The position numbers were made by a program, and so were the translations under genes. Of a DNA stretch of 64,000 bases, positions 48,842 through 58,780 are shown one piece after another. The DNA comes from an uncultured Gemmatimonadales bacterium. Its GTDB lineage: Bacteria; Gemmatimonadota; Gemmatimonadetes; Gemmatimonadales; Gemmatimonadaceae. Positions within the stretch are counted from its first letter, which is position 1. Every line of letters begins with the position of its first letter. Below the pieces are notes generated by a model, which was not told the DNA's origin, ran no database searches, and was given only the letters and a program-made list of their open reading frames with translations. The stretch is taken from positions 384,001 through 448,000 of the forward strand of contig CAWBZV010000005.1 in assembly GCA_963793305.1 (NCBI GenBank), given 5' to 3'.

Positions 48842-48915
48842 TAGGCCGAGGTGGAGTTGAACCACCGACCTCACGCTTATAAGGCGTGCGCTCTAACCAC
48901 CTGAGCTACCGGCCC
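48842..48915 (-). tRNA. tRNA-Ile (anticodon UAU), CCA not encoded
   Basis: Reverse complement GGGCCGG TAGCTCAGGTGGTTAGAGC G CACGC CT-TAT-AA GCGTG AGGTC GGTGG TTCAACT CCACC TCGGCCT A: full cloverleaf, A73 discriminator, anticodon at 48881-48879. Confidence 0.93.
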
Positions 48916-48983
48916 CGAAGCAATCGGCCCCCAAGCGAATCGATCGACAATGCGACGCACGCTCGGGCATCCTTCTGGGATTA

Positions 48984-49458
48984 GCGCCTGATCCCGCGCT
49001 CTTTCGTCACTTCATGGAGTACGTGCGTAGCCTGTCGGGCAGTGTGTACGGTCGCCGCATGTACGAGGTCATGCGGTATTGGGACGAAGACCTTCCGGAC
49101 TGGGACGCGCAGGACCACGAGTTCGCGGGCGCTGTGGCGGAACCAACCGAAGTGGGTCGTGTCGCGCTCGTTGAAGTCAGTCGGTCCCAACGCCACACTC
49201 GTCGAGGATGACATCGAGGCGGTGATACGTGGGCTGAAGGCTCAGCTCGCTGGGGAGATTGCAGTTGGTGGACCAGACCTGGCGCGAAGCCTGGCCGACC
49301 TTGGTCTTATCGATGAGTATCGACTCTACATCCGGCCCTATGTGCTTGGTCATAGCAAGCCGTTCTTCGCGGGCCCCCGGCCCCCGCTCCGTCTCGTGGC
49401 CAGCGATCGACTCAGCGAGGACACGATTCGACTGACGTATGTTCCTGCCGCTTTGTAA
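48984..49458 (+). pseudogene. 5'-truncated, frameshifted DHFR/RibD-C family gene
   Basis: APDPALFRHF...YGRRMYEVMRYW, frameshift at GGG 49127-49129, then W...PKWVVSRSL...GLIDEYRL...P.VLG..KPFF; the N-terminal SLDG motif is missing. Confidence 0.75.
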
Positions 49459-50003
49459 GTCTGCTCCAAACCATAACACGCGCCCGCCTCTTGACCAGTC
49501 GGCGCTTGCCAAGCACGCACGCCTGCTTCCGCAGCGTTGAGCGTGGCGGATCTGACCTTCTCCATGTGCATGCGCTCACCGTAGGAACGTCTACCTTAAG
49601 CATCGAACAGTTGGACGTGGCGTGGTCGGGAAGCGCCGAAGATCATGAGCGCAGGTGAAGCAAGTGCTATGGCGACCTAGCGCCCGCCGATGATCACCCC
49701 GGCACCTGGCGGCGCGACGATTTATCGCGGCGGTGTACTGGGCCATCGCGGTGGCAGCGGCAGGCCAGCCGACAAAGTTCGGCGGGCTCTCGTGGGGCTC
49801 GCGAGCGCTCACGTAGCCACGACGCCGCAGCTCGCATCGAGAGAAACACTCCAGTCATCATCCTGCCGGAACTCGGGACCGAGCGGACAACGCGGACATG
49901 GCAAGATTTCACGGGTCTAGTCCAATGCATGTGTCACCCGATGGCAGCAAGATCTTGATCGATCTCTAGTGCGGTATTCACTGTGCGCTCACGAATTGAG
50001 GCG

Positions 50004-51086
50004 ATGAAGCGCGTAACCCTTGGCGCCTTTCTCCTGGCGGCAAATCCGGCCGTCCGGAAACCACAGATTGTTGGCGCTCAGGAGCCTGCGCGCGTACAGG
50101 CGGACCCCAGACAGCTGATCGACCATATCACAAAGGCTGTGCTCGCGGACAACACGGTTTGGCTCTTGGATATCAACGGGCGACTCTCGCATGTCCCATT
50201 GGATTCGATGCGCCTCGTCCCGGATACCGCACTTGGCACCGTTCTCGATTTCGGGGTCGACCGTAAGAACCAAATCGTCGCGGTCGTGGAGCAGTCACGC
50301 GTTGCCGTCGTTTCGCGACGTGATGCGCGCGGGCAGTGGCATGTCGATGCACAACTGCCGCTGCGCAATACGACGGCAACCGTGATAACGATCGTGTCCG
50401 CTAGCGACCCCATCATGTTCTTGACGGCAGAAGCCATCTACACCGAGCAGGGGAGGTCTTGGCAGCGCCGCCAATTGGTCCCTGCGCTCGATTTGCATTC
50501 CGTGCAACGATCGGTCGCCGTGACATTGGACGGCAGCGTATACGTTGGCACCAACGTCGGCGAATGGGGCGGCACGCTGTGGCGCGTGAGTGGAGGCTTG
50601 GCCGGCGATCGCGCGCAGTCGGTGGCAACGGCGAGAATCGCCAGATCATTGGCACTTCCCGTGACCGGCATTGCCCAGGACCCGGAGCATTCTGCCTGTG
50701 TGATCGCGTCTATGGGGCTACTGCACATGTTAGAACGCGGCGGCATCGTCAGGGTTTGCGGCGACTCGGCCACGGTGCTCTTTGAGCAACCGTGCCCCCG
50801 CGCGGCGGGTATCGATACGGTCAAAGGCGCGCGGCTCGCCCGCTCCTGTCGGTTGGCAGTGTTCGCCATCGCGCCCTCTCATGGAGGCTTCTGGGCCGCA
50901 ACATCTCGCGAGCTGGTGCGATTCCACGATGACGGGATAGCTGAGCGATTGCCGATGCCGAGTTTCAGGAACATGGGCGGAATACCCCTCTCGGTGGCCC
51001 GTCCAGGACTGGTGATCGTTCGGACCAACATCAACTGGAGCGTATCGCTCAGTGGACCGACGCCGCTCATTCTCTCGGAGCCATAG
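50004..51086 (+). CDS. secreted hypothetical protein (beta-propeller-like)
   Basis: Long ORF, N-terminal hydrophobic stretch, G.N.GEWGG.L motif. Confidence 0.6.
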   Translation: MKRVTLGAFLLAANPAVRKPQIVGAQEPARVQADPRQLIDHITKAVLADNTVWLLDINGRLSHVPLDSMRLVPDTALGTVLDFGVDRKNQIVAVVEQSRVAVVSRRDARGQWHVDAQLPLRNTTATVITIVSASDPIMFLTAEAIYTEQGRSWQRRQLVPALDLHSVQRSVAVTLDGSVYVGTNVGEWGGTLWRVSGGLAGDRAQSVATARIARSLALPVTGIAQDPEHSACVIASMGLLHMLERGGIVRVCGDSATVLFEQPCPRAAGIDTVKGARLARSCRLAVFAIAPSHGGFWAATSRELVRFHDDGIAERLPMPSFRNMGGIPLSVARPGLVIVRTNINWSVSLSGPTPLILSEP

Positions 51087-51496
51087 CTTGGCTGTCGCTC
51101 CGTTCCGCGATGGGACTCCGATCGAGATCGTACCCAGTCCGGCCGATCGCCTGCGTGCGAGTCACGGCGGCGACACTTCGGCGCGGCGCGGTCCGTCACA
51201 CCGGGCGGTTGCCCGTCGACTAACCAGGGCGGCCTCCGCCGCCTGTCGACTGCCGCTACCAGCGATTAGGCGGTGAGCTCGAATGCGTGATGGCGCACGT
51301 GTTTGCTTGCGTGTCGATCTCGTGCGCTCGCGCATTGGCCACGATGCATGGTTCATGCGACCCGATCGTCTGCTGTCTTGAACAAATGCAACATGCCGCG
51401 TCTTACGTCGACACAGTAGGCCGGTTGTGCATGATGGCGTGTTGTGACGTCACGCGACCTTGCGCCGCCTAGCGCTGACGAATATTGATGTTCCCT

Positions 51497-51680
51497 ATGC
51501 GTGCCATGCTCATTCTCGTTTGTGCTCGCCGCCGCCTGCGTGGGTCATGCCACGCCTCGGTTGGACCCCGCGGTCTACTCGAAGCTCTGCTCACCGACGA
51601 CCGATGCTGAAACCGCAAAGCGCGGCGGTTGCGTACTGAACGACCACGTCACCTCGAAGCCTGAATGGGTGCTTCCCTAG
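51497..51680 (+). CDS. small 60-aa lipoprotein, 1-nt frameshift in T-run near 51520 (not in ORF track)
   Basis: Removing one T gives MRAMLILVVLAAACVGHATPRLDPAVYSKLCSPTTDAETAKRGGCVLNDHVTSKPEWVLP*. Confidence 0.5.
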
Positions 51681-51850
51681 TCTCGCAATAGCCCCGGTGA
51701 TACTTCAGTAGGGGTAAGTTCCGAGAGGATTCGGTCGGCCTCGTCTCGCCCGGTACGGTGGTCCGTACGCGGCGGTGGACATTTGGTGCCAAATCCGACA
51801 TGGGCGTTGCCGCTCTCGCGACCTTGACCGGACATGGTAGGTTTGCGATC

Positions 51851-53017
51851 ATGCGCCTAAGCGCTATTGTCGCCGCGTTCGCCATATCGCTGCTGGCGGC
51901 GCCGCTCCGCGCACAGTCGGCCCAGGCCCCGCCAGGGTGGCCGACCTTCACGCGCCTGTTCGACGATGCCACCGATCACGACAGCATTGTCGGCGCCAGC
52001 ATCGTGCTCGTCCGCGGCGGCCGCGTCGTGGCGCACCACGAACATGGCTGGGCCGACCGCGCTCGCCACCTTCCCGTGACGGAGCGTACGATCTTCCACT
52101 ACGGCTCTGTCACCAAGACATTGACCGCCATCGCCATCATGCAGCTGCGCGATCGTCACCGGCTGACGTTGGACGATCGCGTGACGAGCTACGTTCCCGA
52201 GCTGCGGCTCGTTCACGACCCGTACGGTTCTATAGATAGCGTGACGATTCGCATGCTCCTCTCCCACGCGGCGGGTTTCCAAAACCCCACCTGGCCCTAC
52301 ACCACCGGCGCAACCTGGGAGCCCTTCGAGCCCACGACCTGGAACCAGCTCGTGGCGATGATGCCCTATCAGGAGCTCTCGTTCCCGCCTGGCTCGCGCT
52401 ACAGCTACTCGAACCCGGGGTTCATTTACCTGGGCCGCATCATCGAGCAGTTGAGCGGCGATCCTTGGGAGACCTACATCCAGAAGAACCTCTTCTCGCC
52501 ACTCGGTCTCTCGCACAGCTACTTCGGCGTCACTCCGTACTACCTCGCCGCGGACCGATCCCACAACTACACGCGCGTCCGCGACTCCTCCGGCCATGAG
52601 TTCGTCCGCGACAACGGCGCGGATTTCGACCCCGGCATCACGATTCCCAATGGCGGTTGGAACGCCCCCCTGTCCGACCTTGCCGCCTATCTCGCCTTTC
52701 TCACGGGCGCCACACCAGACAGCGTGGTCCTGGCACGATCCAGCCTGACCGAGATGTGGCGCGCACGCTATCGGACGTCCAATGACACAGTCGTGGTGCC
52801 GGATTCGATCGGCCTCTCGTTCTTCGTGCTTCACCGCGGACAGGATACGTTCATCGGCCACACGGGAAGCCAAGCCGGATTCCTGGCCTTCCTGTACCTT
52901 AATCCCGCCAGTGGTGCGGCCGTTGTCGCGACGTTCAACACGGCGAGCGAGATTCCAACGTCCACGCCGTCGGCCTTCCGGCGCATTCGGGAGGCCGCCC
53001 TCACCTTGATTCAATAG
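51851..53017 (+). CDS. serine hydrolase, beta-lactamase family
   Basis: SVTK, LLSH..G, YSYSN, GHTG; signal peptide. Confidence 0.92.
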   Translation: MRLSAIVAAFAISLLAAPLRAQSAQAPPGWPTFTRLFDDATDHDSIVGASIVLVRGGRVVAHHEHGWADRARHLPVTERTIFHYGSVTKTLTAIAIMQLRDRHRLTLDDRVTSYVPELRLVHDPYGSIDSVTIRMLLSHAAGFQNPTWPYTTGATWEPFEPTTWNQLVAMMPYQELSFPPGSRYSYSNPGFIYLGRIIEQLSGDPWETYIQKNLFSPLGLSHSYFGVTPYYLAADRSHNYTRVRDSSGHEFVRDNGADFDPGITIPNGGWNAPLSDLAAYLAFLTGATPDSVVLARSSLTEMWRARYRTSNDTVVVPDSIGLSFFVLHRGQDTFIGHTGSQAGFLAFLYLNPASGAAVVATFNTASEIPTSTPSAFRRIREAALTLIQ

Positions 53018-53026
53018 GAGAGACCC

Positions 53027-54334
53027 GTGCCCCTCCTGCACGCCGCGATACTCGCGCTCATCATGCAGAGTCCGGATTCGGGCGTGACGGCGCTCCGTGC
53101 CGCTCGACTCCTCGATCCCAAAACCGGCACGATCACCACGAACGCCGTCGTCGTCGTCCAATTGGGTGTGATCAAGGCCGCGGGTGCCGGGGTCGCAATT
53201 CCGTCCGGCGCGACCGTCATCGACTTGGGCGCCGTCACATTGCTGCCCGGACTCATCGACTGCCACACCCACCTCTTGCAGAACTACAAAGGGGCATACG
53301 GTGGCGATGATCCCAACATGGCGCTCACCGTGGCCACGCTGGGCACGACCCGTCGCGTCCTCCTCGGGGTCGCGATGGGCCGGCAAGACCTCGAGGCCGG
53401 AATCACCACGGTGCGCGATGTCGGCAACTCCGGTTGGGGTGGCGACGTCGCGCTGCGCGATGCGATTGCTGACGGATGGGTGACCGGGCCGCGCATCATC
53501 GCATCGACGCGTGCGCTGGCTGCAGCCGGCGGCCAGTTCGGCACACTCGCTCCGGAAGCGCAGCCGCTCATTCAGCAGGAATACGTCGTCGTGAGCGGCG
53601 TCGAGGACGCGCGCCGGGCCGTCCGACAGGCGTTCTACGACGGCGCCGATCTCATCAAAGTCATCGTGAACACGGGACCGCGCGTCGTCTCGCTCGAGGA
53701 GATGAAGGTCATTGTCGACGAGGCCCACCGTGTCGGCAAACGCGTCGCGGCCCACGCGACCAACGATTCCGCGACGCGGATCGCGGCCCTGGCTGGTGTG
53801 AACTCCGTGGAGCACGGCTATACGATTTCCGACGACGCGCTACGCATGATGGCGGCGAAAGGTATCTATCTCGTCCCGACCGACTACCCGGCTGCTTTCT
53901 ACGCTGACGCTCTGGCCCCGAGCGGACGGAGTGCGGCGGAGCACGATCGCGAGCTCGCCGAGGCGCGCGAGTTCGAGGCGCACTCGCGCGAGCGTCTGAC
54001 CCGCGCCATCAAACTCGGCGTCCGGATCGCGTTCGGCTCTGACGAGTATTACGACGTCTCTGGTCGAACGCGCGGCCAGGCGAGCCTCCTGCCGCTCGAA
54101 GCCTATCAAAACGACGGCATGTCCCCACTCGATGTGATCCGCGCCGCCACCATCAACGCCGCCGATCTCATTGGGTGGGGCGACCGGCTGGGCGTGATCG
54201 AGGCGGGGAGGCGCGCTGATATCATCGCGGTCGATGGCGATCCGCTGAAGGACGTACGCACCCTCGAGCACGCCCGCTTCGTCATGAAAGACGGCATCGT
54301 CGTCCGCAACGACGTGGCCGGCGCTGCCAGGTAG
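53027..54334 (+). CDS. amidohydrolase family protein (Xaa-Pro dipeptidase-like)
   Basis: PGLIDCHTH, GITTVRD, GAD.IK, AAHA, SVEHG, GSD. Confidence 0.9.
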   Translation: MPLLHAAILALIMQSPDSGVTALRAARLLDPKTGTITTNAVVVVQLGVIKAAGAGVAIPSGATVIDLGAVTLLPGLIDCHTHLLQNYKGAYGGDDPNMALTVATLGTTRRVLLGVAMGRQDLEAGITTVRDVGNSGWGGDVALRDAIADGWVTGPRIIASTRALAAAGGQFGTLAPEAQPLIQQEYVVVSGVEDARRAVRQAFYDGADLIKVIVNTGPRVVSLEEMKVIVDEAHRVGKRVAAHATNDSATRIAALAGVNSVEHGYTISDDALRMMAAKGIYLVPTDYPAAFYADALAPSGRSAAEHDRELAEAREFEAHSRERLTRAIKLGVRIAFGSDEYYDVSGRTRGQASLLPLEAYQNDGMSPLDVIRAATINAADLIGWGDRLGVIEAGRRADIIAVDGDPLKDVRTLEHARFVMKDGIVVRNDVAGAAR

Positions 54335-54422
54335 GCCCTAGGGCGCCACGAACGCCCTTGAGCTACCTTGGCCCATGCTCGCTTATCATGACGCAGCCTA
54401 TCAACGTCACCCGGAGCGTCAG

Positions 54423-54851
54423 ATGTCGGATTTCGTCACGTACCGCGGCGCGATTTTGCCGTGGCATTGTGATCACATGGGCCACATGAACGTGATGTGG
54501 TACGTCGGCAAGTTTGACGAGGCCAGCTGGAATCTGTTCGCGCACATAGGGCTCACGCCGTCGTACCTGCGCCAAGCGACGTACGGGATGGCCGGTGTGC
54601 AGCAGAACATCACGTACAGTCGTGAGCTACTGGCCGGCAACGTCATCGAGATTCGAAGTCATCTCGTCGAGGCGCGAGCGCGGCTGATACGCTTTGTCCA
54701 CACCATGCGCAACGCCGAGCGCGATGAAGTGGCGGCGACGTGTGATTTGACGGCTGTGCATCTTGACCGTCGTTCACGGAAAGCGTGTGCGTTGCCCGAT
54801 GCGGTGCGCGGGGCCGCAGAGCGGCTCGTGACGCGGCCAGGCTCACCGTAG
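54423..54851 (+). CDS. acyl-CoA thioesterase (4HBT-like hotdog fold)
   Basis: CDHMGHMNV.WY.GKFDEA. Confidence 0.88.
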   Translation: MSDFVTYRGAILPWHCDHMGHMNVMWYVGKFDEASWNLFAHIGLTPSYLRQATYGMAGVQQNITYSRELLAGNVIEIRSHLVEARARLIRFVHTMRNAERDEVAATCDLTAVHLDRRSRKACALPDAVRGAAERLVTRPGSP

Positions 54852-55378
54852 ACTGCGCTCGCGTTCAGCGCGCCGTCGGCATTCGCGCCCGACGCGGTAT
54901 CGAGTCGCGCTCAACAGGATCTTGGGCACGCTCGGTGAGCTCGTGCCGGCGACTTCCGATGCCGAGGTCATCCCAATGCGCGAACGCGCGCACGATCAGC
55001 CCGACCATGGAGGCGTTCGTTCTTCGCAATGGCCGGTGGGTGAACCCATTCTGGCATCTGGGTAAATCGGTCAGATGTCGCTCACGGAGCTTCATCTATC
55101 CTGGTCTCCGCGCTCGGACGGGTTGTCAGCGGCGTTTCGTCTGGTTCTGTCTTGGGCATTGCGGCGCGAATCTGCTGCGGTTGTTGGGTCCGTTCAGAGA
55201 CGTCGTGCCAGTCATTCGGCTATCAAGAGTGCGCGACCACTCACCACCTGAGACCTTCGGTCACGATGCCATCGTCCGCAATCCTGGCCCCCGTCGGTGC
55301 CATCGCGCGTCTGGTCGGCCGTGGGCGGCGGACGACGGGCGCGGCGACGGAGGCGCACGTCTCGAATCTGACCGTGAG

Positions 55379-55990
55379 GTGAGCGCGGGGGCGTGGGTTG
55401 CGCTCGCTGCGCTCGCGCTGAACTGCGCGAGCACGTGGGATTCTCCCGAGACGGAGCCGCATCATCATTTGGTGCTGGCGAACGATCGGGTCCGCGTGTT
55501 CGACGTTCGCGTGGCTCCGCACGATGGGACTCCGCTGTACGCGCACGACCATGACCATTTAACGGTCACGATCGGGCCGGCGCGGATGTCGGATATCCCG
55601 TACCATGACTACGTCCACACCATGGTGCGCGAGCTGCGCGGTGGGGAAGTGGAGTTCACGGAGAATACCGCGGTCCACTCCGAGGACAACATTGGCAGCG
55701 CGCCATTTCACGAGGTCGTGATCGACTTCGTACGCCCGTCGATCAACGTGAGCCCGTGCGCGGCGCCTTGCGTCTTCAGGTCGGATCATTGGGCTGTTTC
55801 GTCGGTCACGCTGGCGCCGTCGGCGCGCATCGTGACTGGCGAAGCGGTGATCGTCGCGTTGTCGGCGGTCAACCTGACCCAGGCCGGGCCGGCTTTCAGC
55901 GGCGGCCCGGGTGGGGTCGCGTCCATGCACGGACCCATCGCCAACGTTGGGACGGCCGACGCGCGATTCGTCTTGCTCGAGCTCAAGTAG
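55379..55990 (+). CDS. secreted cupin-like hypothetical protein (start approximate)
   Basis: EPHHHLVL.N..VRVFDV.V.P....H.HD; H..DNIG..PF....IDF. Confidence 0.65.
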   Translation: MSAGAWVALAALALNCASTWDSPETEPHHHLVLANDRVRVFDVRVAPHDGTPLYAHDHDHLTVTIGPARMSDIPYHDYVHTMVRELRGGEVEFTENTAVHSEDNIGSAPFHEVVIDFVRPSINVSPCAAPCVFRSDHWAVSSVTLAPSARIVTGEAVIVALSAVNLTQAGPAFSGGPGGVASMHGPIANVGTADARFVLLELK

Positions 55991-56017
55991 ACGTTGGCGG
56001 CGTTCTGCCCCGGCGCT

Positions 56018-56494
56018 TTACGGCGTCGAGTCGTGCTGGGTGTTCGCGTGCACGATCACGTGCCACCCGCGTGCATCCTTGCGCCAGATGTCGAGCCAGG
56101 CCGCGGTGAATGCGAAGTGCTGCCGAGCGCCATCGGCCGGTGTCACGACGCCACGGATGCGGGCATGGCCGATCACCGTGGCGGTGCGGCCGTCGGGTGA
56201 GATGTCGATCCGAGGTGGCTCGATCAGCGACGCTTCCGTGAACATTCTGCCCCCGAGATACGTGCCGGCTTCCGCGAGATGTTCGGCGCGCGTGCGTGAC
56301 TGCACATCGCCGTCGGCGATCACGAGCACCGTGTCCGCGTCGGCTGCCACGAAGCCCGCGGGGTCGCTCGCGAGGTGCGCATCACCCACGGCTTGTAGCG
56401 CTTGCAGAATCGCCGCGCGGTCGGCGGCTCTGTCGGGCGTAACACAAGCGACGAGAGTCATGCCAATACCTATGTACAGGATCAAGCTGCGCAT
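56018..56494 (-). CDS. NTF2/DUF4440 family lipoprotein
   Basis: Lipobox LVAC; WLDIWRK...GW.VI.HAN. Confidence 0.75.
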   Translation of the reverse strand: MRSLILYIGIGMTLVACVTPDRAADRAAILQALQAVGDAHLASDPAGFVAADADTVLVIADGDVQSRTRAEHLAEAGTYLGGRMFTEASLIEPPRIDISPDGRTATVIGHARIRGVVTPADGARQHFAFTAAWLDIWRKDARGWHVIVHANTQHDSTP

Positions 56495-56657
56495 GTGGTG
56501 TGTTCCGGGAAGCTGCCGTGATGGTTCTGCGGAGTGCGATACCGTCGAGTTCAGGCCCTGCGTTGTCTAGAACGATGCCAACATCTCTGTATGGTTTGAC
56601 CGCGCGAGGGGCGCAATGATAGCATGACCATCATTGCACTCTCACCAGGAGCGGGTG

Positions 56658-57755
56658 ATGCGCTTTTCAGTGTGGGCGCTCGCGACGTACGGCGCGACGG
56701 TCCTTGGTAGTCGCCCGGCTCACTTCACATTGACAATCGACGAGAGCGGCGCACAGGCCGTCCTCGAGGCGGCCACGGCTGACTCGTCGCACGCCGCCGC
56801 CGCGGCGGATGCGGCGCTCGAGAACCGCGCGGTACGTGCAATGATCGCGAAGATGGCGAAGTATGACTCGACGGTCACTCCCGCTGCGTTCAAGGCTGCT
56901 GTCCGCGCGTTGGCCAGCGGCGGTTCGGGACAGCCATTCGATCTGGACCGGTTACGGTCGGATCCGGCCCCTACGCGGCGGATGCTCGAACGAGTCACGC
57001 GTGATAGCGCTGTCATCGCGCGCCAGCTGGCTGACCGCTTGCAGTCGTTCACGCCGGAAGGAGTCGACGTGCAGGCGACGCTGTTCGTTCTCGTCGGCGC
57101 GGCGCATCAGAATGGCTGGGTGCCCGATGGGGAGAAGGCAAGCTTCTACGTCGACCTTGGGTTTCACGGCGAGGAGCTCGAGAGCGTGGAGAACGTCGCG
57201 ACGCACGAGCTCTTTCACGTCGTACAAGAAGTGTCGCGGCCTGGATTCGATGACGATTTCACCGACCGCCCTGACCTCCCCGTCGCGGCGCGCGAACGAC
57301 GCCGGGCCCATGCCGTGCTCACCAACCTGGTGATCGAGGGCATGGCCACCTACGTGGGTGACGCGGCGCGCTATCCATCACCCGGGCCGCGGCTGACCCG
57401 CGAGCAGGGGGAGCTCCGGCGTGAGCTGGGCCGGGCCGGTGACATCTTCGGGTTGTTCGACACGATCCTCTACCGGGCGCGGCATGATCCCGATGCACCG
57501 CTCGCGACGCTGCTGCGCATCGGGTTCGGCGGGCAGTGGGACCAAACGGGGTACTATGTCGGGTATCGGATGGCCAAGACCATCGATCGCTACGCCGGTC
57601 GCGACCGCCTGCGTGCCTTGGTCACTGTGCCGCCTGAGGCGTTTGTGGCCGAGTATATCCGGATCGCTCGGGCTCACCCCGGAGACCCGGAGATCACGCC
57701 GCTCGCACCGGCGTCGATTGCGACGGTCGAGGAGCTCGCGGTGCCGCGTTCGTGA
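56658..57755 (+). CDS. putative zinc-dependent protease (DUF5700/DUF2268-like)
   Basis: HELFH, EGMATY, GYYVGY.MA..I. Confidence 0.75.
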   Translation: MRFSVWALATYGATVLGSRPAHFTLTIDESGAQAVLEAATADSSHAAAAADAALENRAVRAMIAKMAKYDSTVTPAAFKAAVRALASGGSGQPFDLDRLRSDPAPTRRMLERVTRDSAVIARQLADRLQSFTPEGVDVQATLFVLVGAAHQNGWVPDGEKASFYVDLGFHGEELESVENVATHELFHVVQEVSRPGFDDDFTDRPDLPVAARERRRAHAVLTNLVIEGMATYVGDAARYPSPGPRLTREQGELRRELGRAGDIFGLFDTILYRARHDPDAPLATLLRIGFGGQWDQTGYYVGYRMAKTIDRYAGRDRLRALVTVPPEAFVAEYIRIARAHPGDPEITPLAPASIATVEELAVPRS

Positions 57756-57832
57756 GCGTGTACCCGATGCGTTGTCTTGAACGAACCCAACGTACGATCG
57801 CGGGTTTGACGGCATGCGTCCGCCGTGATAGC

Positions 57833-58780
57833 ATGGGCACCATGTTCGCGCGAGCGTGGTGTGCGGCTCTGTTTGTGCTCGGCGCAGGCGTGGTGGGCGC
57901 GCAGCCCGTGCTGTTCGCGCCCGGTGTGGTGTCGACGCCGGACAATGAGCGCAACGCGACGTTCACGCCGGACGGCGACACGGTGTATTTCGTCAAGCGT
58001 GGTGCGGGTGGTGCGTATTACTCGGCCATTTGCATCAGTGCGCGCATCCACGGTCGCTGGACGACGCCACGCATCGCGCCGTTCTCCGGTCGATACATCG
58101 ATGCCGATCCAGCCATCTCGCCCGACGGGCGGACGTTGGTGTTCACGTCCACTCGCGGCGGTGCGTCGCATCTCTGGGTCGTGCGCCGGACGAGTGATGG
58201 TGGATGGAGCGAGCCGGATGCGTTACCGGCGCCGATAGCGTCGGATGCGGCCGAAGGCACGCCGTCGTTCGGTCCCGATGGGAGCCTTTATTTCAGCTCG
58301 AATCGCCCGGGTGGTGCGGGGTCCTTTGACCTCTATGTCGCCGCTCGCGACGGTGACCATTGGTCGGCGCCGGTCGCGCTCGCGGCCGTCAATACGGCGG
58401 CCGCGGAGTTCTCGCCGGCAGTCTCGAAGGATGGCACGCTCCTCGTGTTCGCATCGGTGGGGCGTCCCGACGAAATCCTCGGCGCTGGCAGGATATACCG
58501 GAGAGGGGATCTCTATGTCAGTCGCAAAGTCGGCGAGGGGTGGGGACCTCCAGTTCATCTGCCGCCGCCGATCAACTCCGCGGCGGCGGAGTGTTGCGTG
58601 AGCTTTTCACCCGATGGAGAAACGATGTACTTCACGAGCGAGCGGGGTTTCGCGATGGATACGCCGACGCAGGCATTGACGTGGACGGGGATGCGTCAAG
58701 GGCTGCAGTCGATTCTCAACGGCCTTGGGAACATTTACGCGATACAGACGCGCGAGGTGCGCGCGTTGGTCACACCATGA
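57833..58780 (+). CDS. PD40/TolB-like beta-propeller protein
   Basis: Repeated P..SPDG..L.F.S.R blades; signal peptide. Confidence 0.85.
   Translation: MGTMFARAWCAALFVLGAGVVGAQPVLFAPGVVSTPDNERNATFTPDGDTVYFVKRGAGGAYYSAICISARIHGRWTTPRIAPFSGRYIDADPAISPDGRTLVFTSTRGGASHLWVVRRTSDGGWSEPDALPAPIASDAAEGTPSFGPDGSLYFSSNRPGGAGSFDLYVAARDGDHWSAPVALAAVNTAAAEFSPAVSKDGTLLVFASVGRPDEILGAGRIYRRGDLYVSRKVGEGWGPPVHLPPPINSAAAECCVSFSPDGETMYFTSERGFAMDTPTQALTWTGMRQGLQSILNGLGNIYAIQTREVRALVTP

Noticed and set aside
48734..48915. tRNA-anchored integrative element
   Set aside because: No integrase, and no duplicate of the tRNA 3' end was noticed in the window.
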